Assembly (NCBI GenBank): GCA_963695225.1
Contig: OY968762.1
Location: 2,368,001 to 2,432,000, forward strand
Length of the DNA: 64,000 bases
Origin: Vulcanimicrobiota bacterium
GTDB lineage: Bacteria > Vulcanimicrobiota > Vulcanimicrobiia > Vulcanimicrobiales > Vulcanimicrobiaceae
Direction of reading: 5' to 3'
Below are positions 12,458 through 21,509 of this stretch, piece after piece (within the stretch, counting starts at the first letter, position 1; every line of letters starts with the position of its first letter). The notes under the pieces were generated by a model that worked only from the letters and a program-made list of their open reading frames with translations, was not told the DNA's origin and made no database searches. Position numbers and translations under genes: made by a program.

Positions 12458-13315
12458 GTGCCGGACACAATCTCCATCGGCGTGCAGCACTGGTTCACGT
12501 ATCCGAATATCGATCCGGTCGCGTTCCGCTTGGGGCCGCTCGCGGTCCACTGGTACGGCCTCTCGTATCTGGCCGGATTCATCTTGGTCGGTCTTTGGAT
12601 GGCGCGGCCGGAGGGCCGCCGGCGTCTCGGACTGACGGTCGACGGCGTGCAAGATTTCCTCGTCTACGCGCTCGCGGGCGTGATCGTCGGGGGGCGGACG
12701 TTCTTCGTGATCGCCGACGTCGTCACCAAGCACGACGCCGCCATGTACGTGGCCCATCCGCTCGACATCATCGCCGTCTGGAACGGCGGGATGGGCTTCT
12801 TCGGCGGGCTGCTCGGCGTGATCGTCGCGATCGCGCTGTTCGCGCGCAAGCACCCCGGGCTGACGTTCGGTGTCCTGGCCGACGAAGTCGTGATGATGAT
12901 CCCGATCGCGCTCGCGCTGACGCGGATCGTGAACTTCATCAACGACGAACTGTGGGGAAACATCTGCATACCCGACCAGCCGTGGTGCATCAAGTTTCCG
13001 GCGGTCGAAGGCTACCGCTACCCCTCGCAGATCTTCGAAGCGGTGCTGGATATTGCGGTGCTCCCGATCCTGTTCGCCGTCTACCGGCGGCGGCCGCCGG
13101 ACGGCGTCGTCGCCTGGACCTGGTTCGCACTGTACGGCGTCACGCGCTCGCTGGCCGAGATCTGGCGGCAGACGGATCTCGCCGTCGGACCGTTCACGGG
13201 CGGGCAATTGCTGGCGCTCCCCATGATCGCGATCGGGGTAGTGATGGCCGCCCGTGCCGCGCGGGCGAACCGCCGGACAGATGCGCCGGGCGCCGTCAAA
13301 GCGACAAAGGTATAG
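12458..13315 (+). CDS. lgt: Prolipoprotein diacylglyceryl transferase
   Basis: IDPVAF.LGPL.VHWYG, WNGGMGFFGG, RIVNFINDELWG, YPSQIFE. Confidence 0.95.
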   Translation: MPDTISIGVQHWFTYPNIDPVAFRLGPLAVHWYGLSYLAGFILVGLWMARPEGRRRLGLTVDGVQDFLVYALAGVIVGGRTFFVIADVVTKHDAAMYVAHPLDIIAVWNGGMGFFGGLLGVIVAIALFARKHPGLTFGVLADEVVMMIPIALALTRIVNFINDELWGNICIPDQPWCIKFPAVEGYRYPSQIFEAVLDIAVLPILFAVYRRRPPDGVVAWTWFALYGVTRSLAEIWRQTDLAVGPFTGGQLLALPMIAIGVVMAARAARANRRTDAPGAVKATKV

Positions 13316-13350
13316 GGAAAAGCGCCGGGGGACCGGAAGAAGCTCAATCC

Positions 13351-14043
13351 ATGAAGCTCGAGATCGGGCCGTCGGCGGGCGTCCCGGCATCGCTCGTGGA
13401 GCGAATTGCGTCGATTCGCGCGCAAATCGCCGATGCCGCTCGTGCGGCAGGGCGCGATCCCGCGACCGTCCGGCTCCTCGGCGTCGGCAAGAAACAATCG
13501 CGCGAGACCGTCTTCGCAGCGGTCGCGGCCGGGCTCGACGAGGTCGGTGAGAACTACGTGCAGGAGGCGCAGCCCAAGCTCGCCGGGCTTCCGTCGCACG
13601 TGCGCAAGCACTTCATCGGCCACGTTCAAACGAACAAGGCGAAGGCGATCGTCGAAACGTTCGACGTCGTCCAATCCGTCGACCGGCTCGAGGCGGGCCT
13701 CGCGCTCGTGAGAGCCGGCCGGACGCTCGGGCGTTCCGTGACGGCGCTCGTGCAAGTCAACATCTCGCCCTCGGAGCGGTTCGGCATCGCACCGGCCGGG
13801 GCGGCGGACCTGGCCGTGAGTTTGCGCGAGGCCGGCCTCGAGATCGACGGCGTGATGGCGATCGGCCCGTTGACGAACGATCGCGCGGAGATCCGGCGCG
13901 CGTTCGAGACGGCCCACGACGCGTTCCGGCGCGTCGGCGGAACCACCCTTTCACTCGGGATGTCGGGCGATTTCCGCGAGGCGATCGCCTGCGGCTCGAC
14001 GATGATTCGCATCGGCACAGCGTTATTCGGAGCAAGAGCATGA
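13351..14043 (+). CDS. yggS: PLP homeostasis protein, YggS family
   Basis: GENYVQE, HFIGHVQTNK, LSLGMSGDF, RIGTALFG. Confidence 0.94.
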   Translation: MKLEIGPSAGVPASLVERIASIRAQIADAARAAGRDPATVRLLGVGKKQSRETVFAAVAAGLDEVGENYVQEAQPKLAGLPSHVRKHFIGHVQTNKAKAIVETFDVVQSVDRLEAGLALVRAGRTLGRSVTALVQVNISPSERFGIAPAGAADLAVSLREAGLEIDGVMAIGPLTNDRAEIRRAFETAHDAFRRVGGTTLSLGMSGDFREAIACGSTMIRIGTALFGARA

Positions 14044-14105
14044 GCATGACACCGCCGTCCTCCGGGGGCGAACCCCGGCCGTCCGAAACCGAACAAGGAG
14101 AACAC

Positions 14106-14528
14106 GTGAGCGTATTCCATCGAATCGGCGCGTTTTTCTCGCTGGCGGACGACGAACCCGAAACCGGCGAGGCGTCCGTCCCGCCGCCGAAGGGTAAGGT
14201 CGTTTCGTTCGCGGGGCGCGAATCGAGTCGCGGCGGAAACGCGGAGGTCGCGGTCTTCCAGCCGCGTGCGTTCGGCGATGTGACCGACATAGCGGACGCC
14301 CTTCGGGCGCGCCAGGTCGTGATCGTGAACGTGCAGCAAGCCGATCGCGGCTTGCTGCAACGCATCGTCGATTTCACGTCGGGTGTGGCGTACACGCTCG
14401 AGGGTAAGATACAGAAGCTGGCCGAGGGCATGTACCTCGTCGTTCCGGCCGGCGTGCAGGTGAACGCGCAAGGGCTGCGCGAGCAGTTCGGCGCCGATCC
14501 GTTGATCGATTTCATCAATCGGGGGTAA
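14106..14528 (+). CDS. sepF: Cell division protein SepF
   Basis: PRAFGDVTDIAD...VIVN...RIVDFTSG; GTG 14106 follows AAGGAG (alternative start 14040/14046). Confidence 0.9.
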   Translation: MSVFHRIGAFFSLADDEPETGEASVPPPKGKVVSFAGRESSRGGNAEVAVFQPRAFGDVTDIADALRARQVVIVNVQQADRGLLQRIVDFTSGVAYTLEGKIQKLAEGMYLVVPAGVQVNAQGLREQFGADPLIDFINRG

Positions 14529-14531
14529 GGC

Positions 14532-15092
14532 ATGGCGAAGATCACCATCATCGATATCCAGCATCGTGAGTTCAAGCGGGCGCTGCAAGGCTACGACCGC
14601 GTCGACGTCAATCAATTCCTCGACGAGATCATCGAAACGATGGAAGACGAGGCGCAGGCCCGCGCCGCGCTCGAAGCGGAGATCTTCGATCTGCGCGAAC
14701 GCATCAGCCACTTCAAGGCGATGGAGGAATCCCTGCACAACACGCTTCTGCTCGCGCAGCGAACGGCCGACGAGGTCAAGGCGTCGGCGCACAAGGAGGC
14801 GGATCTGATCCGCGCCGAGGCGCGCATGGCGGCGCAGGGCGAGATCGCGGCGCTTCACGATCAGGCGATCGACGCGCGCCGCGAGTTGCAGCGCGCGCTC
14901 GAGACGACCGAAAAAGCGAAACACGAACTGCGCAGCCTGCTGATGACGCATCTGTCGCTGCTCGAACGCAAGCCGGAGCTACCGGCGAACGCCGCGCCGC
15001 CCGTTGCGGCGGCGGTCGCTCCGGTGCCTTCGGCGACCGTCACGCAGATCGGCTCGAACGGGAACGTTCAAAAAGCGGCCGAGGTCGCCTAA
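14532..15092 (+). CDS. divIVA: DivIVA domain protein
   Basis: DIQHREFKRALQGYDRVDVNQFLD followed by coiled coil. Confidence 0.92.
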   Translation: MAKITIIDIQHREFKRALQGYDRVDVNQFLDEIIETMEDEAQARAALEAEIFDLRERISHFKAMEESLHNTLLLAQRTADEVKASAHKEADLIRAEARMAAQGEIAALHDQAIDARRELQRALETTEKAKHELRSLLMTHLSLLERKPELPANAAPPVAAAVAPVPSATVTQIGSNGNVQKAAEVA

Positions 15093-15145
15093 CCGGCTCG
15101 CCGCGCGCGGAGCGTTTTGCGCCTTCGCGTCGAAACGCGAGCGGC

Positions 15146-16216
15146 ATGAAGACGATCGCAGTCCTCCCCGGTGACGGAATCGGCGTTGAGGTCACGGCCG
15201 CAGCGCTCTCGGTCTTGCGGCACGTCCGGCCGGATCTCGAGTACGCGCACGGGGACGTCGGCGTCGTCCCGCTCGAACGAGACGGCACGGCGTATCCGCC
15301 GCAGACGCACGAGCTCTGCGCGCGGAGCGCCGCGATCCTCTTCGGCGCCGTCGGGCATCCGAGGTACGACGCGGCGCCGGCCGACAAGCGTCCCGAATAC
15401 GCGATCCTGCGGTTGCGCAAGGAATTCGACCTGTTCGCGAACCTGCGTCCGGTCGCGACGATCGCCGGGCTCGAAGCAGCTTCCTCGCTCAAAGAGGAAC
15501 TCGTCCGCGGCCTCGACCTCGTCGTGGTCCGGGAAACGACCTCGGGGCTCTATTTCGGCCCGAAACACACCGCGCTCGAAGACGGCGTGGAGACGGCCGT
15601 CGATACGATGGTCTACCGTGCGCCGGAGATCGAGCGGGTCGCGCGGGTCGCGTTCGAACTCGCGCGGACGCGGCGCGGCCGCGTGACCTCGGTCGACAAG
15701 CAGAACGTCCTCGAGACGGGCCGGCTGTGGCGGCGGATCGTGACGGCGCTGCACGCCGAATACCAGGACGTCGAACTCGACCATCTGCTCGTCGACAACG
15801 CGGCGATGCAGTTGATCCGCGATCCGCGCCGCTTCGACGTGATCCTCACGGAGAACACGTTCGGCGACATCCTCAGCGACGAAGCGGGGATGCTGACGGG
15901 TTCGCTCGGGAACCTTCCGAGCGCGACGCTCGGCGCGCCCGGAGCCGGCGGAGCCGGCCGCTTCGGCCTGTACGAGCCGATCAGCGGGAGCGCGCCGGAC
16001 ATCGCCGGCAAGGGGATCGCGAATCCGATCGCGGCGATCCTCTCCGCGGCGCTGCTCTGCCGCTACAGCCTCCAGGACGAAGCGAGCGCCGCCCGCATCG
16101 AACGCGCCGTCGGGAGCGCGATCGCGCAGGGCGCCCGCACGCGCGATCTCGCCCGCAACGGCGCCTACGCCCTCGACACGCTCGGCTTCACGGAAGTCGT
16201 GCTCGCGGCGCTGTAA
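15146..16216 (+). CDS. leuB: 3-isopropylmalate dehydrogenase
   Basis: LPGDGIGVEV, ANLRP, VDKQNVL, NTFGDILSDEA, GSAPDIAGKGIANP. Confidence 0.95.
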   Translation: MKTIAVLPGDGIGVEVTAAALSVLRHVRPDLEYAHGDVGVVPLERDGTAYPPQTHELCARSAAILFGAVGHPRYDAAPADKRPEYAILRLRKEFDLFANLRPVATIAGLEAASSLKEELVRGLDLVVVRETTSGLYFGPKHTALEDGVETAVDTMVYRAPEIERVARVAFELARTRRGRVTSVDKQNVLETGRLWRRIVTALHAEYQDVELDHLLVDNAAMQLIRDPRRFDVILTENTFGDILSDEAGMLTGSLGNLPSATLGAPGAGGAGRFGLYEPISGSAPDIAGKGIANPIAAILSAALLCRYSLQDEASAARIERAVGSAIAQGARTRDLARNGAYALDTLGFTEVVLAAL

Positions 16217-16285
16217 CCCGAGGTGCAACCCGAGGGCAACGGAGCGGTCACGCTGCGGTAACGGCCTGGGCGTAGCATCGGCGCC

Positions 16286-16888
16286 ATGGATGGAATCGAT
16301 TTGATGGCGAGCGCGATGCACGCCGCCAAGGTGCGGCTCGACGTCGCGGCGGGGAACGTCGCGAACGTTTCGAGCGACGGGTTCGCGCGGCGGGTCGTGC
16401 ACGCGAGCATGAGCGAGTGCGGCGTCGTGACGGGCGTCGCGCTCGATCCGGCGCAGCCGCCGTTGCGGCATACGGGGCGCGCGTTCGACCTGGCCGCAAC
16501 GGGCGGCTCGATGCTCGCGCGGGCTCCTTCGGGCGCGCTCGTCGCCGTTCGATCGGGCTCGTTCGAACGGAGCGCGGCGGGAACGTTGATCGACGCGCAG
16601 GGAGCCGTGCTGCTGGGTACGGCCGGGCCGTTGCAGGTGGCGCCGGATGCGGAGATCGACGCGCGCGGCGTCGTGCGGGCCGGCGGCGAGATTGCGGGGC
16701 GCCTGCGGACGACGCCGGGCACGGAAGTACAGCCCGGCTTTCTCGCGGCTTCGAGCGTTGACGCCGTGCACGAGATGGTCGAGTTGATCGGCGCGCAACG
16801 CGCGTTCGAGACGGCGCAGAAGACGCTCTCGGCGATCGACGACGTACGCGCCAAGGACGCGAGCGAGATCGGACGGATCAAGGCATGA
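16286..16888 (+). CDS. Flagellar basal-body rod protein, FlgF-like (short)
   Basis: LDVAAGNVANVSSDGF N-terminus, TGRAFDLA, S.VDAVHEMVELIGAQRAFE C-terminus. Confidence 0.8.
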   Translation: MDGIDLMASAMHAAKVRLDVAAGNVANVSSDGFARRVVHASMSECGVVTGVALDPAQPPLRHTGRAFDLAATGGSMLARAPSGALVAVRSGSFERSAAGTLIDAQGAVLLGTAGPLQVAPDAEIDARGVVRAGGEIAGRLRTTPGTEVQPGFLAASSVDAVHEMVELIGAQRAFETAQKTLSAIDDVRAKDASEIGRIKA

Positions 16889-17595
16889 ACCGCGCGATGT
16901 ATGCAGCCGCGAGCGGCATGGCGGCGCAACAGCAGAACCTCGACGTGATCGCGAACAATCTCGCGAACGCCGACGTCGCGGGATTCAAGGGCGCGCAACT
17001 CTCGTTCGCGAGCCTGGGAGGCGGGGCGCTGCTCGGCACTGCGACGACCGGCCTCACGCACGTGTTCGACCAGGGGAAGCTGATGAAGACCGGCGGCGCG
17101 TTCGATCTCGCGATCGACGGTCCCGGGTTCTTCCCGGTCGAACGGAACGGCGAGCGCGCCTTCACGCGTGCCGGTTCGTTCTCGCGCGCGGCCGACGGCA
17201 GCGTGCGCAACGCGGATGGTTGGAAGTTGAGCGGCCTGCGCATCCCCGCCGATGCCGCGAGCATCGCCGTCGATCCCGACGGTACGGTCCACGTCGACGG
17301 AAAGCGTGCGATCGGCCGCGTAGGCATCGTCCGGTTCGACGCGCCGGAATACTTGCGTTCGATCGGGTCCGCCGTGTTCGCCGCGACGCGCGATTCCGGC
17401 GCGCCGCACGCGCAAGCCGCGGGTGGAGATCGTCAGCCGAAGATCGCTTTCGGGATGCTCGAGCGCTCGAACGTCTCGATCATCGAAGCGATGATGCAGA
17501 TCCTCGCCGCGCAGCGTGCGTACGAAGCAAACGCAAAAGGCGTTCAAGCTGCCGACGAGATGCTGCGGATCGCCAACAACTTACATCGCTCTTGA
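16885..17595 (+). CDS. flgG: Flagellar rod protein, FlgG-like
   Basis: AASGMAAQQQNLDVIANNLANAD, DLAIDGPGFF, LERSNV...AQRAYEANAKGVQAADEML. Confidence 0.82.
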   Translation: MNRAMYAAASGMAAQQQNLDVIANNLANADVAGFKGAQLSFASLGGGALLGTATTGLTHVFDQGKLMKTGGAFDLAIDGPGFFPVERNGERAFTRAGSFSRAADGSVRNADGWKLSGLRIPADAASIAVDPDGTVHVDGKRAIGRVGIVRFDAPEYLRSIGSAVFAATRDSGAPHAQAAGGDRQPKIAFGMLERSNVSIIEAMMQILAAQRAYEANAKGVQAADEMLRIANNLHRS

Positions 17596-17597
17596 AC

Positions 17598-17927
17598 GTG
17601 GAAACCGGGATCTTCGGGTCGACTCCAGCCTCGAACTCCGCGGGTCACGCGCTTCGGCGCGCTCGCGGCGACGGCGAGCATGCCGTTCGCGTGACGGGGG
17701 CGGGATCCGCGACGAATAGCGATCGCGCGCACGAGGTTGCGACGGCGTTCGAAGGGATGCTGCTGCAACAATGCCTCGCGCCGCTCGCGAAGCCCATGGG
17801 TTTCTACGGCGATCTCGTGCTCGGCGCATGCACGCAGGCCGTTGCGGAGCGTTCCCGCGGAGGGCTCGCGGCGATGCTCGAGTCGATGATCGAGCGCGCT
17901 CGGCGGAATGGGGATCCGCCGACGTGA
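17598..17927 (+). CDS. Small FlgJ-like rod-binding protein
   Basis: EVATAFEGMLLQQ...GGLAAML resembles the FlgJ N-terminal domain; lies between flgG and the sigma-28 gene. Confidence 0.55.
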   Translation: METGIFGSTPASNSAGHALRRARGDGEHAVRVTGAGSATNSDRAHEVATAFEGMLLQQCLAPLAKPMGFYGDLVLGACTQAVAERSRGGLAAMLESMIERARRNGDPPT

Positions 17928-18586
17928 GCGTGGAACGCGAGGCGACGATCCGCGAGCTGTTTCCGCTGGTGCGCGCCAGCGCGCGCCGCCTGCAGCGGAT
18001 GATTCCGGCCGCCGAACTCGACGATCTGACGGGCGACGGCGCGATCGGACTGATTCGGGCGGTGGATGCATTCGAACCCGAGCGCGGCGTCTCGATCGCA
18101 GCCTACGCCCGCCGCGTGATCGTCGGGGCGATGCTCAACGGCCTGCGCCGTCGCGATCCCGTCTCGGAGCGGGCGCGTCGCAAGGCGCGGCGCGCGGAGG
18201 CCGACCGGATCGCGCTGGCGCACGAACGCGGCAGCCTGCCCAGCCTGCGCGAGATGGAAGCGCGCCACCCCGGCCTGACGGAAGCGTTGGTCGCGATCGA
18301 CCAGCGAGCGGTCCTCTCGCTCGACGCGCCGATTGCGAACGACGGGCGCGGGCTCGCGAATTGGCATGCCGATCCGGCGCCGATCACCGTCCGCAAAGCG
18401 CTCTCGCGCGAGCTCGTCCAGGCGCTCGAACTCCTGCCCGAACGCGAACGCCGGATCGTCATGTGGCACTACTACGAGGCGGCGCCGCTGCACGCGATCG
18501 GGGCGCGGCTCGGCGTCTCGCCGCAGCGTGCCTCCCAACTGCATCTGCGCGCGCTCGCGCACCTCCGCCGTTCCGTCGCCCGATGA
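17924..18586 (+). CDS. fliA: FliA/WhiG-family (sigma-28) sigma factor
   Basis: DDLTGDGAIGLIRAVDAFEPERG, GAMLNGLR, LPERER...IGARLGVSPQRASQLH. Confidence 0.8.
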   Translation: MSVEREATIRELFPLVRASARRLQRMIPAAELDDLTGDGAIGLIRAVDAFEPERGVSIAAYARRVIVGAMLNGLRRRDPVSERARRKARRAEADRIALAHERGSLPSLREMEARHPGLTEALVAIDQRAVLSLDAPIANDGRGLANWHADPAPITVRKALSRELVQALELLPERERRIVMWHYYEAAPLHAIGARLGVSPQRASQLHLRALAHLRRSVAR

Positions 18587-18897
18587 AGCCGCTCGCTGAG
18601 ATCGAGACCTCCAAGCCGCTCGCGCTCGAAGCGCACGCGCCCTCGGAGGCGGCCGCGCTCGCCGGCATCGCCGTCGCCGCGGATGCTGCGCTCGAGGACG
18701 CGCCGCACCTTCCGAGCGATCACCCCGCTTGGGCGCGAGATATGCTCTCGCTCTCGCAGCGAGCCCGTTCGTTCCTCGCAACGCTTGCCCCGATCGCGAT
18801 CCGAACGCTCACGTACTGGGACCACCGCGTGCGATCGATCGTGCTACGCGCCGGAACCTTGACGATCGACATCAGCGGCTCGTACCGGCTCGAGTAG
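18583..18897 (+). CDS. Hypothetical protein (104 aa)
   Basis: ATGA overlap with the fliA stop; fills the gap to the convergent anti-sigma gene. Confidence 0.55.
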   Translation: MKPLAEIETSKPLALEAHAPSEAAALAGIAVAADAALEDAPHLPSDHPAWARDMLSLSQRARSFLATLAPIAIRTLTYWDHRVRSIVLRAGTLTIDISGSYRLE

Positions 18898-18902
18898 CGC
18901 GT

Positions 18903-19556
18903 TCAGTAGTCGAGCGTCACGCTCGCGACCGGGGTCTCACCGCTACGGAGCGTGAGGGATTCGATACGCGTCTCCGGATGCACCAAGAGCGAGCCCGTGT
19001 GGTTGCCGCGGATCGTGCCGATTTCGCGCGTCCAACTCGCCGTGCGGGCCTCGACAGAGAGCTGCCCTTCGGGACGATCGACGACGACGTAGACCCACGA
19101 GCCGTCGGTCGCATAGAGCACTTTCGCGGCGATGTTCGAGCCGGGCGCCGGGATCATCGGCGCGTGCTGGAAATGCCCGTGCACGATCGTCGCGAGCGCA
19201 ACGTCGTCGGCGCGCACCCGATCGCGCAGCACAGACGTTTGCCACGAAAGGACCGCGACCAGGATGAGCGCGGCGGCGGCCCCCGCGAGCCACGCGCCCC
19301 GGGCCGTTCGTGCCGGGTTCGGGCTCTCGGCGGAGGCGAAGCGGGGTGCGAGCGGCGCCGGCGGAGGCTCCGCCGTCGTGGGAAGCTCGGCCATGGGGAG
19401 TGCCGCCGCCAGCGAGAGCGAGGCGGCCTCGGCAGCGGCGACGCGTGCGGCGCACTCCGCGCACTCCCCGATGTGCTCCTCGACGATCTGCTGCTCGGCC
19501 GCATCGAGCAGGCCGAGCGGATAGAGCTCGGCATCGTCGCCGATGTGTGCGCTCAT
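18903..19556 (-). CDS. Anti-sigma factor (ZAS motif, TM, RskA-like)
   Basis: H...EEHIGECAEC (HxxxCxxC), single TM; coupled to the ECF sigma gene. Confidence 0.88.
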   Translation of the reverse strand: MSAHIGDDAELYPLGLLDAAEQQIVEEHIGECAECAARVAAAEAASLSLAAALPMAELPTTAEPPPAPLAPRFASAESPNPARTARGAWLAGAAAALILVAVLSWQTSVLRDRVRADDVALATIVHGHFQHAPMIPAPGSNIAAKVLYATDGSWVYVVVDRPEGQLSVEARTASWTREIGTIRGNHTGSLLVHPETRIESLTLRSGETPVASVTLDY

Positions 19557-20098
19557 GGCAGCGCCTCATCTTCATCGGCGAGCTCTGCGTGCAGCTTCCG
19601 TAACGCGGTCGCTATGCGGCTCTTGACCGTCCCGAGCGGAGCGCCGAGCTCGCTCGCGATCTGCGCGTGCGTCTTGTTGCCGTAGTACGCCAGATCGAGG
19701 ACGAGGCGCTGCTCCTGCGGCAGGCGGCCGAGCGCCGCTCTCAAGCGGCGCGCCTCGACGGGATCGGCGACCGGGAAATCCGCGGGCGGGACCACCTCGA
19801 GGCGGACGGAACGCGCTTCGCGCGCCGCGCGCCGCTGCTCGCTGCGCAACTGCGAGATCGCCTCGTTCCGGATGCAACTCACCAGATACGCCTTCAGCGC
19901 GCGGCGATCGCCGTGGATGCGGTTCGGCGTGCGCCAGACTCTCAGCAACGCGTCGTGCACGCAGTCCTCGGCTCGGGATGCGTTCCCGAGGACGTGGAGC
20001 GCGACGGCGAGGAACTCGCGTGCCCACTCCGCGTAGGCGCGCTCGAGCCCCGGCTCGCGCCGTGCCGTGAAATCCTCGACGAGACGATCGGTCTCCAC
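19553..20098 (-). CDS. ECF sigma factor (SigK-like)
   Basis: AEDCVHDALLRVW region 2; LPQEQR..L.LAYY...THAQIA..LG.PLGTVKSRI region 4. Confidence 0.92.
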   Translation of the reverse strand: METDRLVEDFTARREPGLERAYAEWAREFLAVALHVLGNASRAEDCVHDALLRVWRTPNRIHGDRRALKAYLVSCIRNEAISQLRSEQRRAAREARSVRLEVVPPADFPVADPVEARRLRAALGRLPQEQRLVLDLAYYGNKTHAQIASELGAPLGTVKSRIATALRKLHAELADEDEALP

Positions 20099-20143
20099 CT
20101 ACGGAACATGCGGCGGGCGCTTCTGCATCAGCTGCACGTTGGC

Positions 20144-20209
20144 GATACGTCGCCCGGGGCCGCCTTGGATTGCTTTCGCCTCATCCACGCTGCCCTGCCG
20201 CGGCGTATC
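20144..20209. promoter_or_regulatory. Back-to-back candidate ECF promoters (ATCC-N17-CGTATC on each strand)
   Basis: Plus: TCATCC 20181-20186 / CGTATC 20204-20209. Minus: CAATCC 20172-20167 / CGTATC 20149-20144. Confidence 0.7.
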
Positions 20210-20240
20210 TAGGGAACACACCCGCCCGCAGGAGCTCCCA

Positions 20241-20627
20241 ATGAACGATTCGCTCGCATCCCTGCTCGGGGCCTCGGCTCTGGCGCTCGCGACCGGGATC
20301 CCCTCACCGCTCCCGTCGCCTGTCCCTTCGCCGCTCCTCCCCGCCGCCGCCACGGTCCACATCAAAGATTTCGCGTTCAATCCGACACCGCTCAGGATCC
20401 ATCCGGGCGACCGCGTCACGTTCGTGAACGACGACGACGACGCGCACACCGCCACCGCGACCGACCGGTCCTTCGATTCGGAAGGGCTCGACGGGCACGC
20501 CGTTTGGCAGCACGTGTTCTCCAAGCCCGGGACTTACACGTATTTCTGTCAGCTCCACCCGTACATGAAGGCCCTCATCATCGTCGCGCCGGCGCGCGTG
20601 ACGAATGCGAAAGGAGCGCACACGTGA
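20241..20627 (+). CDS. Cupredoxin (amicyanin/plastocyanin-like)
   Basis: Signal-like N-terminus, GDRVTFVN, HTAT, YFCQLHPYM (H/C/H/M type-1 copper ligands). Confidence 0.9.
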   Translation: MNDSLASLLGASALALATGIPSPLPSPVPSPLLPAAATVHIKDFAFNPTPLRIHPGDRVTFVNDDDDAHTATATDRSFDSEGLDGHAVWQHVFSKPGTYTYFCQLHPYMKALIIVAPARVTNAKGAHT

Positions 20628-21499
20628 AACGAACGGAATTTCTCGAGCACATCGCCTGGACCGGAAGCGGGATCGCCTGGTCGCTCTCGGCGACCGGACT
20701 CCTCAGCGCGGCCCCTGCCCAGGCTGCGACGTTCTCGTTCGTCCAGATCAGCGACAGCCACATCGGCTTCGCTCGTCCGGAGAACCCCGACGTCGCCGGG
20801 ACGCTTGCGGCAACGGTCGATGCGATCAATCGGCTCCCCGCACAGCCCGCGTTCGTCGTCCACACCGGGGACGTGACGCACCTCTCGAAGCCGGAGCAGT
20901 TCGACGCGGCGAAGTCGATTCTCGCCGGGCTCAAGGCGCCGCTCGTCGTCCTCCCCGGCGAACATGACGTGATCGGATCGCCGGCGGCGTTCTTCGCCGC
21001 GTTCAAGCGCTCCGATGCTCCGAACGGCTGGTTTTCGTTCGAGCAAAACGGGATCCACTTTCTCTCGCTCGTCAACGTGTTCAATTTCGAGATCGACGGG
21101 AAGCTCGGCGCCGAGCAAATCGCGTTCGTCGAGAAAGACTTGGCCGGGCAGAAGGCGTCTACGCCGATCGTCGTCTTCGGGCACGTTCCGCTCTATGCGC
21201 TCTATCCGAAATGGGGCTGGACGACTGAGGACGGCGCACGCGTCCTCGCCGCGCTCGCGCGTTTCGACGCGGTGACCGTGCTGAACGGCCACATCCACCA
21301 GATCGTCCAGCATTCCGAGGGGAAGATCCGCTTCGCGACGGCGGCCTCGACGGCGTATCCGCAGCCGGCGCCGGGGGCGGCGGAGAAGCCCGGCCCGCTG
21401 ATGCTCCCCGCGGGGACGCTGCTCTCCGCGCTCGGCTACCGGACCATCGAATTCGCAGGCGGCCCCGCCGTCGTCGCCGATCGCAGCCTCGCGGGCTGA
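20624..21499 (+). CDS. Metallophosphoesterase with Tat-like signal
   Basis: KRTEFL Tat-like motif; SDSH, TGD, GEHD, GHIH motifs. Confidence 0.9.
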   Translation: MKRTEFLEHIAWTGSGIAWSLSATGLLSAAPAQAATFSFVQISDSHIGFARPENPDVAGTLAATVDAINRLPAQPAFVVHTGDVTHLSKPEQFDAAKSILAGLKAPLVVLPGEHDVIGSPAAFFAAFKRSDAPNGWFSFEQNGIHFLSLVNVFNFEIDGKLGAEQIAFVEKDLAGQKASTPIVVFGHVPLYALYPKWGWTTEDGARVLAALARFDAVTVLNGHIHQIVQHSEGKIRFATAASTAYPQPAPGAAEKPGPLMLPAGTLLSALGYRTIEFAGGPAVVADRSLAG

Positions 21500-21509
21500 G
21501 CGCCCGCGC

